39,855 nucleotides of DNA from an uncultured Armatimonadetes bacterium. Lineage in GTDB: Bacteria; Armatimonadota; Fimbriimonadia; Fimbriimonadales; GBS-DC. This document shows positions 26,283-34,884 of this stretch, in pieces (the stretch's first letter is position 1; every line of letters starts with the position of its first letter). The stretch is from the NCBI GenBank assembly GCA_937139515.1, contig CAKZQI010000298.1, positions 1-39,855 of the forward strand, given 5' to 3'. The position numbers and the translations under genes are program-made. The notes beneath the pieces are model-generated. The model saw nothing but the letters and a program-made list of their open reading frames with translations, did no database searches and had not been told where the DNA came from.

Positions 26283-28907
26283 TTACTTGATCTGACGCTT
26301 CCACGCCTCTATCTTCATCAGCGCCTCTACAGGGGTGATGGAGCTGGTGTCCAGCTGGCGTATCTCTTCCAGCACGGGATGCTCCTCGGCTTCAAAAAGC
26401 GTCAGTTGCAGTTTGCGCGTTTGGATGGACGGTGCGCTCTCGCTGGGGGGTTGAATGGCGCCCTGTACCCCACGCTTTTCAAACTCACGCAGGACGCTCT
26501 CGGCGCGGTTCACCACTTCGGGGGGTGCGCCTGCCATTCGCGCCACATGCACGCCATAACTGCGGTCGGTCCCGCCCGGAAGCACCTTATGGAGCCAGAT
26601 GATACGGTCGCCCTGTTCCTTGACGGCGACGCGGTAGTTGGCTACGCCCTCCAAGCGGTTCGCCAACTCGTTCAGATAGTGGTAGTGGGTGGCGAAGAGG
26701 GTCTTACAGCCGACGGCGTGCAGGTACTCGGCGACCGCCCACGCAATCGCCAAGCCGTCGTAGGTGCTGGTGCCCCGCCCGATTTCGTCCAGAATGACCA
26801 GACTGCGCGGGGTGGCGTTGTTGAGGATATTGGCGGTCTCGCTCATCTCCACCATGAAGGTGGATTGCCCTGTGGCGAGTTCGTCGCGTGCGCCCACGCG
26901 CGTGAAGATGCGGTCTACTAGTCCAATCTCGGCACTGTCGGCGGGCACGAAACTGCCCAGATGCGCCATCAGCACAATCAACGCACACTGGCGAATATAG
27001 GTGCTTTTGCCACTCATGTTGGGACCTGTGAGGATAATCAAGCGTTGTTGGGGGTGCAGGTGGCAGTCGTTGGGCACGAAGGGGTTCTCGCTGTAGCGCT
27101 CCACAACGGGATGGCGTCCTCCCTGAATGAGGATGCGGTCTTCCGTGTCCACTATCGGGCGTACATAGTTGTAGCGCACGGCGTTCTCTGCGAAGGTGCA
27201 CAGGCAGTCTAGGTCGGCAATTGCACGGGCGACCTCCTGAAGCGCGGGCGTCTGGCGCGCCACTTCGTCCCGAACGGCGCAGAACAGGTTGTATTCCAGC
27301 GTGGTAATCCGTTCGTCGGCGCTGTTGAGGATGGCTTCTTTCTCTTTCAGTTCGGGCGTGATGAAGCGCTCGGCGTTGGTGGTGGTCTGCTTGCGGATGT
27401 AGTGGCTGGGCACTTTGCTCAGGTGGGGCTTGGTGACCTCGATGTAGTAGCCGAACACGGCGTTGTAGCCGACTTTGAGGCTGGGGATGCCTGTGCGCTC
27501 CCGCTCTTGACGCTCCAGTTGAGCAATCCACACCTGCCCTTCCTGCTTGATGGTGCGCTGGCGGTCTAACTCAGGGTCGTAGCCCTCTCGGATGAGCCCG
27601 CCCGATTTGAGGTCGGCGGGTGGCTCGTCCACCAGCGCACGCTGGAGCAGGGCACAGAGCTCCTCCAGTGGGTTGAGGCGCCACTCAATCTGCCTAAGCA
27701 GGCTGGGCGGGTTCTCTTGCTGGGCGAGCAGTTCAGTGAGGGTGGCGCGCAGGGTGGGCAGTTGCTCCAGCGAGGTGCGCAGGGCGACCAAATCGCGTGC
27801 GTTCGCGGTGCCTGCGCTGGCGCGTGCGCTGATGCGCTCTATGTCATTCAGCCGATGTAGGCTCTCACGCAGGGCATCACGGATAGTGCTGTGGCGCACG
27901 AGCAGTTCAACCGCATCTTGGCGGGCGTGGATGCCTTCCAAGTTCAATAGAGGCTCGTCCAGCCAGCGTCGGAGGGTGCGGGCGCCCATCGGTGTGCGGG
28001 TGCTGTCCAGCACTGCCAGCAGGGTGTAGCGCTTGGAGCCGTCCAGCTGATTGCGCGTGAGTTCCAAATGACGCCGTGCGACCGAGTCGAGGTACATAAA
28101 CTGCCCAACCGAGTAGGTGGCGAGCGTGCGAATGTGGCTGAGCGCAGGGAGCTGGTTCTGCTGGAGATACTTCAGCACGAGCGCGGCGGCGTCCAGCCCG
28201 CGCGTGTACTCCTCACAGCCGAACCCGCGCAGCGACTCCACTTGGAAATGCTCCAGCAGGATGGTGCGCGCTTCGCGTCCCAGCCACTGCTCGGCGCACA
28301 CGGGGGTAATCGTCGCTTGGGTCTGTTCCTTGAGCAGGCTGATGAGTTCCTCTTGGTGTTCGGGCACGAGGATTTCGGCGGGTTGCAGGCGGAAGATTTC
28401 GTCTAAGAGTTTCTGCAGGCGCTGTTCGCCCGCCACTTCGGTCGTCAAGAACTCGCCGGTGGACACATCGACCACGCTCAGCCCGTGCGCGGGTTCGCCA
28501 ATCACCGCCGCCACGAGGTAGTTGTTGCTCTGGGCGTCGAGCATTGAGTCCTCAAGCAGGGTGCCGGGCGTCAGCACGCGGGTCACTTTGCGTTTGACCA
28601 GCCCTTTGGCGAGCTTGGGGTCTTCCACTTGGTCGCAGATGGCGACTCGGTATCCCTTCTGGATGAGCCGTGCGAAGTAGCGTTCGTAGGCGTGGATGGG
28701 GATGCCCGCCATCGGGATGCGCCCGTTGGAGCCGTCTTCGCGTCCGGTGAGGGCGATTTCGAGTGCCTGGGCGGCGATTTCGGCATCGGCGCCGTAGAAC
28801 TCGTAGAAGTCGCCCACCTGCATCGCCAGCAGGACATCCGGATGCTCTGCCTTGATACGAAAATATTGCTGAAGCAGTTGAGTTTGGGGTCTAAAACTCT
28901 GCGCCAT
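26283..28907 (-). CDS. mutS: DNA mismatch repair protein MutS
   Basis: QVGDFYE, TPGT, TGPNMSGKSTY, DRIFTRVG, STFMVEM, LDEIGRGTSTYDG, FATHY, SYG.HVA. Confidence 0.98.
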   Translation of the reverse strand: MAQSFRPQTQLLQQYFRIKAEHPDVLLAMQVGDFYEFYGADAEIAAQALEIALTGREDGSNGRIPMAGIPIHAYERYFARLIQKGYRVAICDQVEDPKLAKGLVKRKVTRVLTPGTLLEDSMLDAQSNNYLVAAVIGEPAHGLSVVDVSTGEFLTTEVAGEQRLQKLLDEIFRLQPAEILVPEHQEELISLLKEQTQATITPVCAEQWLGREARTILLEHFQVESLRGFGCEEYTRGLDAAALVLKYLQQNQLPALSHIRTLATYSVGQFMYLDSVARRHLELTRNQLDGSKRYTLLAVLDSTRTPMGARTLRRWLDEPLLNLEGIHARQDAVELLVRHSTIRDALRESLHRLNDIERISARASAGTANARDLVALRTSLEQLPTLRATLTELLAQQENPPSLLRQIEWRLNPLEELCALLQRALVDEPPADLKSGGLIREGYDPELDRQRTIKQEGQVWIAQLERQERERTGIPSLKVGYNAVFGYYIEVTKPHLSKVPSHYIRKQTTTNAERFITPELKEKEAILNSADERITTLEYNLFCAVRDEVARQTPALQEVARAIADLDCLCTFAENAVRYNYVRPIVDTEDRILIQGGRHPVVERYSENPFVPNDCHLHPQQRLIILTGPNMSGKSTYIRQCALIVLMAHLGSFVPADSAEIGLVDRIFTRVGARDELATGQSTFMVEMSETANILNNATPRSLVILDEIGRGTSTYDGLAIAWAVAEYLHAVGCKTLFATHYHYLNELANRLEGVANYRVAVKEQGDRIIWLHKVLPGGTDRSYGVHVARMAGAPPEVVNRAESVLREFEKRGVQGAIQPPSESAPSIQTRKLQLTLFEAEEHPVLEEIRQLDTSSITPVEALMKIEAWKRQIK

Positions 28908-28933
28908 TGCGAGAGAGTATACCCCGCCTCTGC

Positions 28934-29836
28934 TTATGTAAAGAGGAGCTTCTGCTCAAGAATAGCGCTAATCCGTTTCTGGGCAGTACGAATATACTCT
29001 GGCTCCAGCTCATAGCCGACGAACTGCCGTCCTGCCTTGAGCGCAGCAACCGCTGTGGTTCCACTTCCCATAAATGGGTCAAGCACTATCTCATCCGAGT
29101 AGGTGTACAGTTGGATACAACGGTAGGGAAGCTCTACTGGAAACGGGGCGGGATGCCCTACTTTGGACGCTTGTTCCGCTCCGAATCGCCAAACGCTCTT
29201 CGTGTACTCTAAAAACTCGTCGCGAGTGATGGTGGCTCGGCGTCCCTCTACTTCGGGACGGCCAAAAGTCTGCTTAGAAAACACCATGATATACTCGTGA
29301 GTATCCCTTAGCGTCGGGTTGCGTGGCGAGCACCAGCTTCCCCATGCGGTGGAGGGGCTGGCGCTGGACGCTTTATCCCAAATGATTTCCCCACGCATCA
29401 GGAAGCCCATCTCAAGCATATCTTCGATGAGGAATCCATGCAGGGGCAGGTACGGTCGTCGCCCCAAGTTCGCCACATTGATACAGGCGCGACCTCCGGG
29501 CACCAGCACTCTGTAAACTTCTGCCATCACGCGCTTCATAAAGGCGCGGTACTCGTCCAGCGTCATGTCCTCGTCATAAGTTTTTCCAACATTGTAGGGC
29601 GGTGAGGTCACCATCAAGTGTACCGACGCATCAGGCAGTTCCTCCATCACTTCAGAACTTTTGCAGAAAATCTTGTTGAGGTGTTCCTCAGGGATGGGAT
29701 TTTCAAAGTAGTCCACGGACACTTCTTTAGGCAAATCCTCGTAGAGCCTTCTGCTGTAGAAGGTGGACGAGTCGTGTCCTATCCGTGCTGGACTGCCGAA
29801 ATCGCTGGTTTTGGAGCCTTTGCGTCGTCGATTCAT
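28934..29836 (-). CDS. Site-specific DNA methyltransferase (N4-C/N6-A, beta class)
   Basis: Motif IV TSPPY precedes motif I DPFMGSGTT. HPAPFP is present. SPPY suggests m4C. Confidence 0.92.
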   Translation of the reverse strand: MNRRRKGSKTSDFGSPARIGHDSSTFYSRRLYEDLPKEVSVDYFENPIPEEHLNKIFCKSSEVMEELPDASVHLMVTSPPYNVGKTYDEDMTLDEYRAFMKRVMAEVYRVLVPGGRACINVANLGRRPYLPLHGFLIEDMLEMGFLMRGEIIWDKASSASPSTAWGSWCSPRNPTLRDTHEYIMVFSKQTFGRPEVEGRRATITRDEFLEYTKSVWRFGAEQASKVGHPAPFPVELPYRCIQLYTYSDEIVLDPFMGSGTTAVAALKAGRQFVGYELEPEYIRTAQKRISAILEQKLLFT

Positions 29837-30500
29837 TGCTCATCCTCCTGTTGCCACAGCTCAATCCACTGCTGGAGCGACTGTTCTCTTAGTTCGGCGC
29901 GACTCTTCGAAATCCTCCAAGAGATGCTCAATCGCTTTGTGTGAGGTTGTGCCAACATCTGGCTGACCGCCTCACGAGAGATTTCAACTCCACGCGGGTT
30001 AGTGCCTGGTTTGGGCAGGTTCAAGAACTTGCTCCTGCCTATATCCTGCAACACTCTGTTTTGCACCTCTATCGGTATGACGAACAAGCCTCCCTCACAG
30101 TCTTTGCAAATTGTCGCAAGTAGAATGTCAACTTTGGGGTTATAGGTATCGTAGAAAGCTTGTGCCGCGCTTGCATCCACCGTCCAACTGACCTTGAACG
30201 AGGGAACCGCTGTAGGCGTAGAGAGCGTGATGGTCTTTATGGATACACCGTAGCCTCCGACCAGCACATCGGCTTCGGGTTCTATCACCGAGACATCTGG
30301 ATTAACTTGGTGCTTCCCGAACTTGTAGATAAGTAAGGCAATCAAGACCTTCTCGCGGAGTGTGCCTGCTTCCATTCCCACACGCCCACCCCGCTCCACT
30401 TGAACCTCGGCTAAGGCAAACAGCAGAGGAAGTTTGCTCTGTATTTTAGGTTGAGCGCTGGGTCATCAAACAGGTTCAGTATGGGTCGCTTGCTTTGCAC
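29833..30500 (-). pseudogene. ThaI-family type II restriction endonuclease, frameshifted near the N-terminus
   Basis: KLPLLFALAE..ERGGRVGMEAG..RE.VLIALLIYKFG, SIKT, WTVD, LPKPGTNPRGVEIS. The GTG at 30500 (MQSKRPILNLFDDPAL) is out of frame with QPKIQSKLP... by 1 nt near 30453. Confidence 0.75.
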
Positions 30501-30576
30501 GATAGGATTTTACTATACCTCATAGGTGGCGCATAAGCAAGGGGTGAGACAGCGAATTTCAAAACCTGCTTACCCC

Positions 30577-31149
30577 TCACTCACTCGCGGTTGGGAGTTC
30601 CATCGTCTCGCCGAACATCGGGCTGAGTATGCCCCCAACCGCCTGAAAGACCCAGTAAAGCCCCAGCGCCCACCCGAACAGCGGTATCCACACCACCGCG
30701 ATGAACAACGCCGTGCCGACCAATACCGCCCAGCCGGGCGCGACCTCAGGGCGGGCGAAAACCGACAGCACCAGTGTGCCGAGGTTCCACATCACCGCTC
30801 CAAACCCCAGCAACACCAACAACACAAACCCCAACAGCAGAAGCGCAATCACCAAGTTCACTGCTTGATTGTTGCCCACCCGCTCACTGAGCAAGCCGAG
30901 CAGGGCTATCACCAGCGCGAAACCCAGCGTGATGAGCGCACCGCGTATCACGACCGTGCGATGGGCACGGGTAATCCCTTGCAGGCACTGGCGCGACAGA
31001 TTGCTAAACAGGCTAATCGCCACCAAGCCCACACCCGACAGCGCCAAGTAGATTAGCAGAACCCCAGCAATCCCTGTTCCCACTGGCTCCTCCTGAGCAA
31101 GCGCGAGGGTCGGCAGAACCGCTAGCCATGCTGTCAGCAATCGCCTCAT
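30577..31149 (-). CDS. Integral membrane protein, last gene of the ECF operon
   Basis: Signal-like N-terminus, about 5 transmembrane segments, IPLFGW motif. Overlaps the anti-sigma stop. Confidence 0.75.
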   Translation of the reverse strand: MRRLLTAWLAVLPTLALAQEEPVGTGIAGVLLIYLALSGVGLVAISLFSNLSRQCLQGITRAHRTVVIRGALITLGFALVIALLGLLSERVGNNQAVNLVIALLLLGFVLLVLLGFGAVMWNLGTLVLSVFARPEVAPGWAVLVGTALFIAVVWIPLFGWALGLYWVFQAVGGILSPMFGETMELPTASE

Positions 31150-31562
31150 CCCAGCACCCCCTGCAGGTGTTTCCAGAGGCTTAGCGCAAGGTTCAGAATC
31201 TGCTCAGAAAACACGGCGAATTCGGAATAGGGCCAATAATTCCCCAACTGGCTCAAATAGCCCTGAGCGAACCACCGGCTGACTAACCACGCCGAAGGCA
31301 CACACAACACCAGCCACAGCGCCGCCATCTCGCGCAGGGCGAGTGTGGGCGGGAGCGATACAGCGATTCGGCGCCCTCGTGGGGCGGGCAGGCGGGGCAG
31401 GTCGCGTAGGGCGTCGCTAATCCGAACCCAGCCCACCACCTTGCGCTGACAATCCGGGCACTCCCGCAGATGCGCCTCCACACGAGCGCGCTCAGACTCT
31501 GCGAGCCAGCCCTCTACAAAATCGTGTAGGTGCGGTTCCAACTCAGCGCATTCGGTTCTCAT
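31146..31562 (-). CDS. Zinc-finger (ZAS, zf-HC2) anti-sigma factor
   Basis: C....L.DFV.G.L...ER..VEAHLRECPDC followed by a transmembrane segment. ATGA overlap with the sigma gene. Confidence 0.88.
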   Translation of the reverse strand: MRTECAELEPHLHDFVEGWLAESERARVEAHLRECPDCQRKVVGWVRISDALRDLPRLPAPRGRRIAVSLPPTLALREMAALWLVLCVPSAWLVSRWFAQGYLSQLGNYWPYSEFAVFSEQILNLALSLWKHLQGVLG

Positions 31563-32095
31563 CCTAACTCTTCCTCCATCCACTGCCTGAGGCTCTCACG
31601 GGCGCGGTAGAGCCAAGTCTTCACTGTGCCCACCGGCACATCCAACGCCTGCGCCACCTGCTGGAGCGGGAGCTCCTCGTAATAGTGGAGCAACAGTGCC
31701 GTCCTTTGATTAGGAGGCAGGCGCAGGATGAGCCGTTGAAGCGTGCGTTGGCGCTCTCGTTCGTAGAGCTGCTCCTCCCAAGTCAGGCTTGGTGGCATCG
31801 CCTTCAAGGCGCGTTCCATCTTTTGCTGTTCGGTGTTTCGGTTGCGTCGGGCGTTCAGACATAGGCGCGCTGTGAGACACAAAAGCCAAGTCGCAAACGA
31901 CTGGCTGGGGTCATACAGCGCCAGCCGTGTGTAGGCGCGCAGGAACGACTCTTGCATCAAATCCTGCGCCCAGTCCGCCTCGCCCAGAATGCGGAACGCC
32001 AACGAGAACACGCGGTCGCGGTAGCGCTCCACCAACTGGTCAAAGGCGGTCGTATCGCCTTGTAAACACTGGTTCACAAGTTCGGCATCGCTCAT
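31559..32095 (-). CDS. ECF RNA polymerase sigma factor (SigW/RpoE-like)
   Basis: SDAELV..CLQGD..AF..LV.RY, AQDLMQESFLRAY, FATWL, LPP.QR..L.L.YYEEL....VA..L..PVGTVKTWLYRAR. Confidence 0.94.
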   Translation of the reverse strand: MSDAELVNQCLQGDTTAFDQLVERYRDRVFSLAFRILGEADWAQDLMQESFLRAYTRLALYDPSQSFATWLLCLTARLCLNARRNRNTEQQKMERALKAMPPSLTWEEQLYERERQRTLQRLILRLPPNQRTALLLHYYEELPLQQVAQALDVPVGTVKTWLYRARESLRQWMEEELG

Positions 32096-33169
32096 CTAAC
32101 GCACCTTCTGCACCGAGCGCACCACCCAGCGGTTGCTCGGTGTGCCCATCTCCATAAAAATACCCACATCAATCAGGCTCACCAGCTTGATTTTGGCGGG
32201 GTCTAATTTGCCATCGCCTTTGCCCTTCGTGTCATCGGTGATGGTGAGGGCGTTCCAGAGGACTTGATAGCTCTCGGTTTTCTCCTCGCCCCCGATTTCG
32301 CTCGTCACTTGCCATCGCTCGCCATCCTCCTCTTCCACCACGAGCGCCAGCACGGTCATGTTGCGCACGGACAGGCTCACCTGAATCCCGCGCGTGCCTT
32401 TGAGGCTCCCGACAGGGATTGGCTTGAGAACGGCGAAGATGCCCGGGATAGGGCTATCGTATTCCACACGCATTGCGTTGCCTTCCTTGCGTATCTGCAC
32501 GCCCTGCGTGGGAATCCAAGTGAGGTAGTCGCGCTGAAAATCGTCAACGCTGTCGGGACGCTGGGGGCGTGGGGGAGCCTTGCTGAGGAACTCAAAATCG
32601 TCCAGCCAGAGCATCCGTGTGCCTTTTTGCTCGCCGAACAGGATTGCCACTTCGGGATTAGCGAAGAAGAGCGCACCCACATCCACAAACCCTATCCCCG
32701 CAACATCCTGCATATCCAGTTTGCCGTTTTGGCGGGGGCTATCTTCGGCGCGTTCAAAATCGCTCAGCGCCAGCGTGACCTGTTGCCACTGGTTCCCACC
32801 GACCCAGAAGGCGGCTTGCCAGCGCTCCTCGCTCTCTTCCGAGACGGCGAACGCCACAATCGTCGGTCGGCTGGTCTTAATCCAGAACCGAAAGCCCTCC
32901 GCCCATGGCTCGGCTTCCAAGCGTAGGATAACATTCAACACATCCTTGCCTGCGATGTAGGTGTACTGGAGCGCCTGTTTGCCACTTTTGACATCAACGG
33001 CGTTGGTGGTCAGCTCCAGCTTGCCATCTGCCCCAGGTAGCACGAACCAGCCGTGGTCGCTCTTTTCAAAATCAATCACCGAACGGGGGTCTTGCTGGGC
33101 GTTTCCGATGCTCTCTCCGAGAGCCATCCACCCCAGCGTCATCAGTCCCAACAGCGCGTAGGCTCGCAT
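32096..33169 (-). CDS. Secreted protein with two tandem galactose-binding-like (CBM11/CIA30-like) domains
   Basis: Signal peptide, then a duplicated pattern (AVSEESEERWQ...W..V...LSDF....NGKLD / VVEEEDGERWQ...W..L....DGKLD). RBS GGAGG before ATG 33169. Confidence 0.7.
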   Translation of the reverse strand: MRAYALLGLMTLGWMALGESIGNAQQDPRSVIDFEKSDHGWFVLPGADGKLELTTNAVDVKSGKQALQYTYIAGKDVLNVILRLEAEPWAEGFRFWIKTSRPTIVAFAVSEESEERWQAAFWVGGNQWQQVTLALSDFERAEDSPRQNGKLDMQDVAGIGFVDVGALFFANPEVAILFGEQKGTRMLWLDDFEFLSKAPPRPQRPDSVDDFQRDYLTWIPTQGVQIRKEGNAMRVEYDSPIPGIFAVLKPIPVGSLKGTRGIQVSLSVRNMTVLALVVEEEDGERWQVTSEIGGEEKTESYQVLWNALTITDDTKGKGDGKLDPAKIKLVSLIDVGIFMEMGTPSNRWVVRSVQKVR

Positions 33170-33187
33170 TTTTGCCTCCACTAAGTC

Positions 33188-33214
33188 TACACAGGTGGTG
33201 GGTGTGGGGTTTCA
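33188..33214 (-). promoter_or_regulatory. ECF-type promoter of the ECF sigma operon
   Basis: Minus strand reads TGAAAC-N17-TGTA, close to the SigW-type consensus TGAAAC-N16-CGTA. Confidence 0.55.
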
Positions 33215-33307
33215 AAAGAGTGGGGAGTTTTGAGAATGTTGACCTTGGGCGGGATACCCCATCCGCCTTTTGGTTTCCTTGTCCGTCAGCGGGTACACTT
33301 TAGGCGT

Positions 33308-34252
33308 ATGGAAGCACTCAACAGCGTGGAGAAGCTCATTATCATCGGCTCAGGTCCTGCAGGCTACACCGCCGCACTGTACGCTGCGCGGGCGAGTTTA
33401 GAACCTCTGTTGTTCGCAGGCGTGCAACCCGGCGGGCAACTGATGATTACGACCGATGTGGAGAACTATCCCGGCTTCCCTGAGGGCATTCAGGGACCCG
33501 AGATGATGGAACTGTTCCGCCAACAGGCAGAACGGTTCGGGACGCGGATTTTGTATGAAACAATTACTCAAGTGGACTTCAGCCAGCGCCCGTTCACGGT
33601 CTACAGCGATGTGGGCAAGGCGTATCAGGCGTATGCAGTGATTGTGGCGACGGGCGCGTCGGCTAAATGGCTCGGCTTGGAATCGGAAGCACGCCTGCAA
33701 GGGCGTGGGGTCTCTGCCTGCGCCACCTGCGACGGCTTCTTCTTCCGTGGCAAGCGCGTGATTGTCGTGGGCGGAGGCGATACCGCGATGGAAGAGGCAA
33801 TCTACCTCACCAACCACTGCGAAAAGGTCTATGTGGTGCATCGGCGCGACGAACTCCGCGCTTCCAAGATTATGCAAGACCGTGCCTTCCGCAACCCCAA
33901 GATAGAGTTTATCTGGAACACTGTGGTGCGCGACATCCACGACCCTAACTTAGGCAAGGTGGTCGGTGTGCGCCTGCACAACCTAAAGACCGACGAGGAG
34001 TACGACTTCCCCATCGATGGCGTGTTCATCGCCATCGGACACCAACCCAACACCCAGATTTTTCAAGGCATTCTGGAGATGGATGAGCAAGGCTACCTCA
34101 TCACGCACAACGGCACCTACACCAACATTGAGGGGGTGTTCGCTTGCGGGGATGTGATGGACAAGGTCTACCGTCAGGCAGTCACTGCCGCAGGCACGGG
34201 GTGTATGGCAGCGATCGACGCGGAGCGATGGCTGGCTCTCCATTTCCACTAA
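33308..34252 (+). CDS. trxB: Thioredoxin-disulfide reductase
   Basis: IIGSGPAG.TAA.Y, GGQL..T..VEN.PG, SACATCDG, VGGGDTA.EEA, HRRD, FACGD, QAVTAAGTG. Confidence 0.97.
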   Translation: MEALNSVEKLIIIGSGPAGYTAALYAARASLEPLLFAGVQPGGQLMITTDVENYPGFPEGIQGPEMMELFRQQAERFGTRILYETITQVDFSQRPFTVYSDVGKAYQAYAVIVATGASAKWLGLESEARLQGRGVSACATCDGFFFRGKRVIVVGGGDTAMEEAIYLTNHCEKVYVVHRRDELRASKIMQDRAFRNPKIEFIWNTVVRDIHDPNLGKVVGVRLHNLKTDEEYDFPIDGVFIAIGHQPNTQIFQGILEMDEQGYLITHNGTYTNIEGVFACGDVMDKVYRQAVTAAGTGCMAAIDAERWLALHFH

Positions 34253-34266
34253 GAGGTGAACAAACT

Positions 34267-34878
34267 ATGCGACGACTCGCCGTTGTTGGGATTATTATCA
34301 GCCTTTTGATGTTCGCAGTGGCACAGCAGGCACAGCAACCCGACCAGCAACCGAAACAGCCTGCTGGAAACGCCTCCAACAACCAGTCTCCTGCTGGGGG
34401 TACGCCCCCGCCTCAATTCCCAGTGCCCAAGCGTCCAGGGGTGCTAAAAGCGGAGGGGCGCCCGCTCAGCTTCTTCGCACGCGGGGAGGGCACGCTCACC
34501 CTGCGCGGGCGCGGCTATGTGCTCATCAACGACCCGACGGGCAATCTCAAGATTGAGGTCTCTGGCTTCCAAGAGGTCAAGGAACTCCCGCGCAATGTGC
34601 GCCTCCAAGCCCCGATGAACCAGCGTATCCGAGTGTTTCAAGGGCAGGGCACAATTACGGTGCGGGGCAAGTTCGATTCGGTGCGCGCCGTCCTGCGTCA
34701 AGGCACCGTAGATTTCAAGGGCATCGCTGCTTTCAACATAGGCGGTTCAGGCAAGGCGCTTTTGGATGGCGTAGAGCGTCAGCTCTTCCCGACCAGCACC
34801 TTCACCCTGCTGGTGCCTGAACCGAATTGGCAACAACAGCAGGAGGATGTGAAACCCGCGCCGAATCCACGCGATTAG
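34267..34878 (+). CDS. Secreted hypothetical protein with a Q/P-rich linker
   Basis: Signal peptide MRRLAVVGIIISLLMFAVAQ, RBS GAGGTG, Gly-rich beta domain. Confidence 0.7.
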   Translation: MRRLAVVGIIISLLMFAVAQQAQQPDQQPKQPAGNASNNQSPAGGTPPPQFPVPKRPGVLKAEGRPLSFFARGEGTLTLRGRGYVLINDPTGNLKIEVSGFQEVKELPRNVRLQAPMNQRIRVFQGQGTITVRGKFDSVRAVLRQGTVDFKGIAAFNIGGSGKALLDGVERQLFPTSTFTLLVPEPNWQQQQEDVKPAPNPRD

Positions 34879-34884
34879 TAAACA

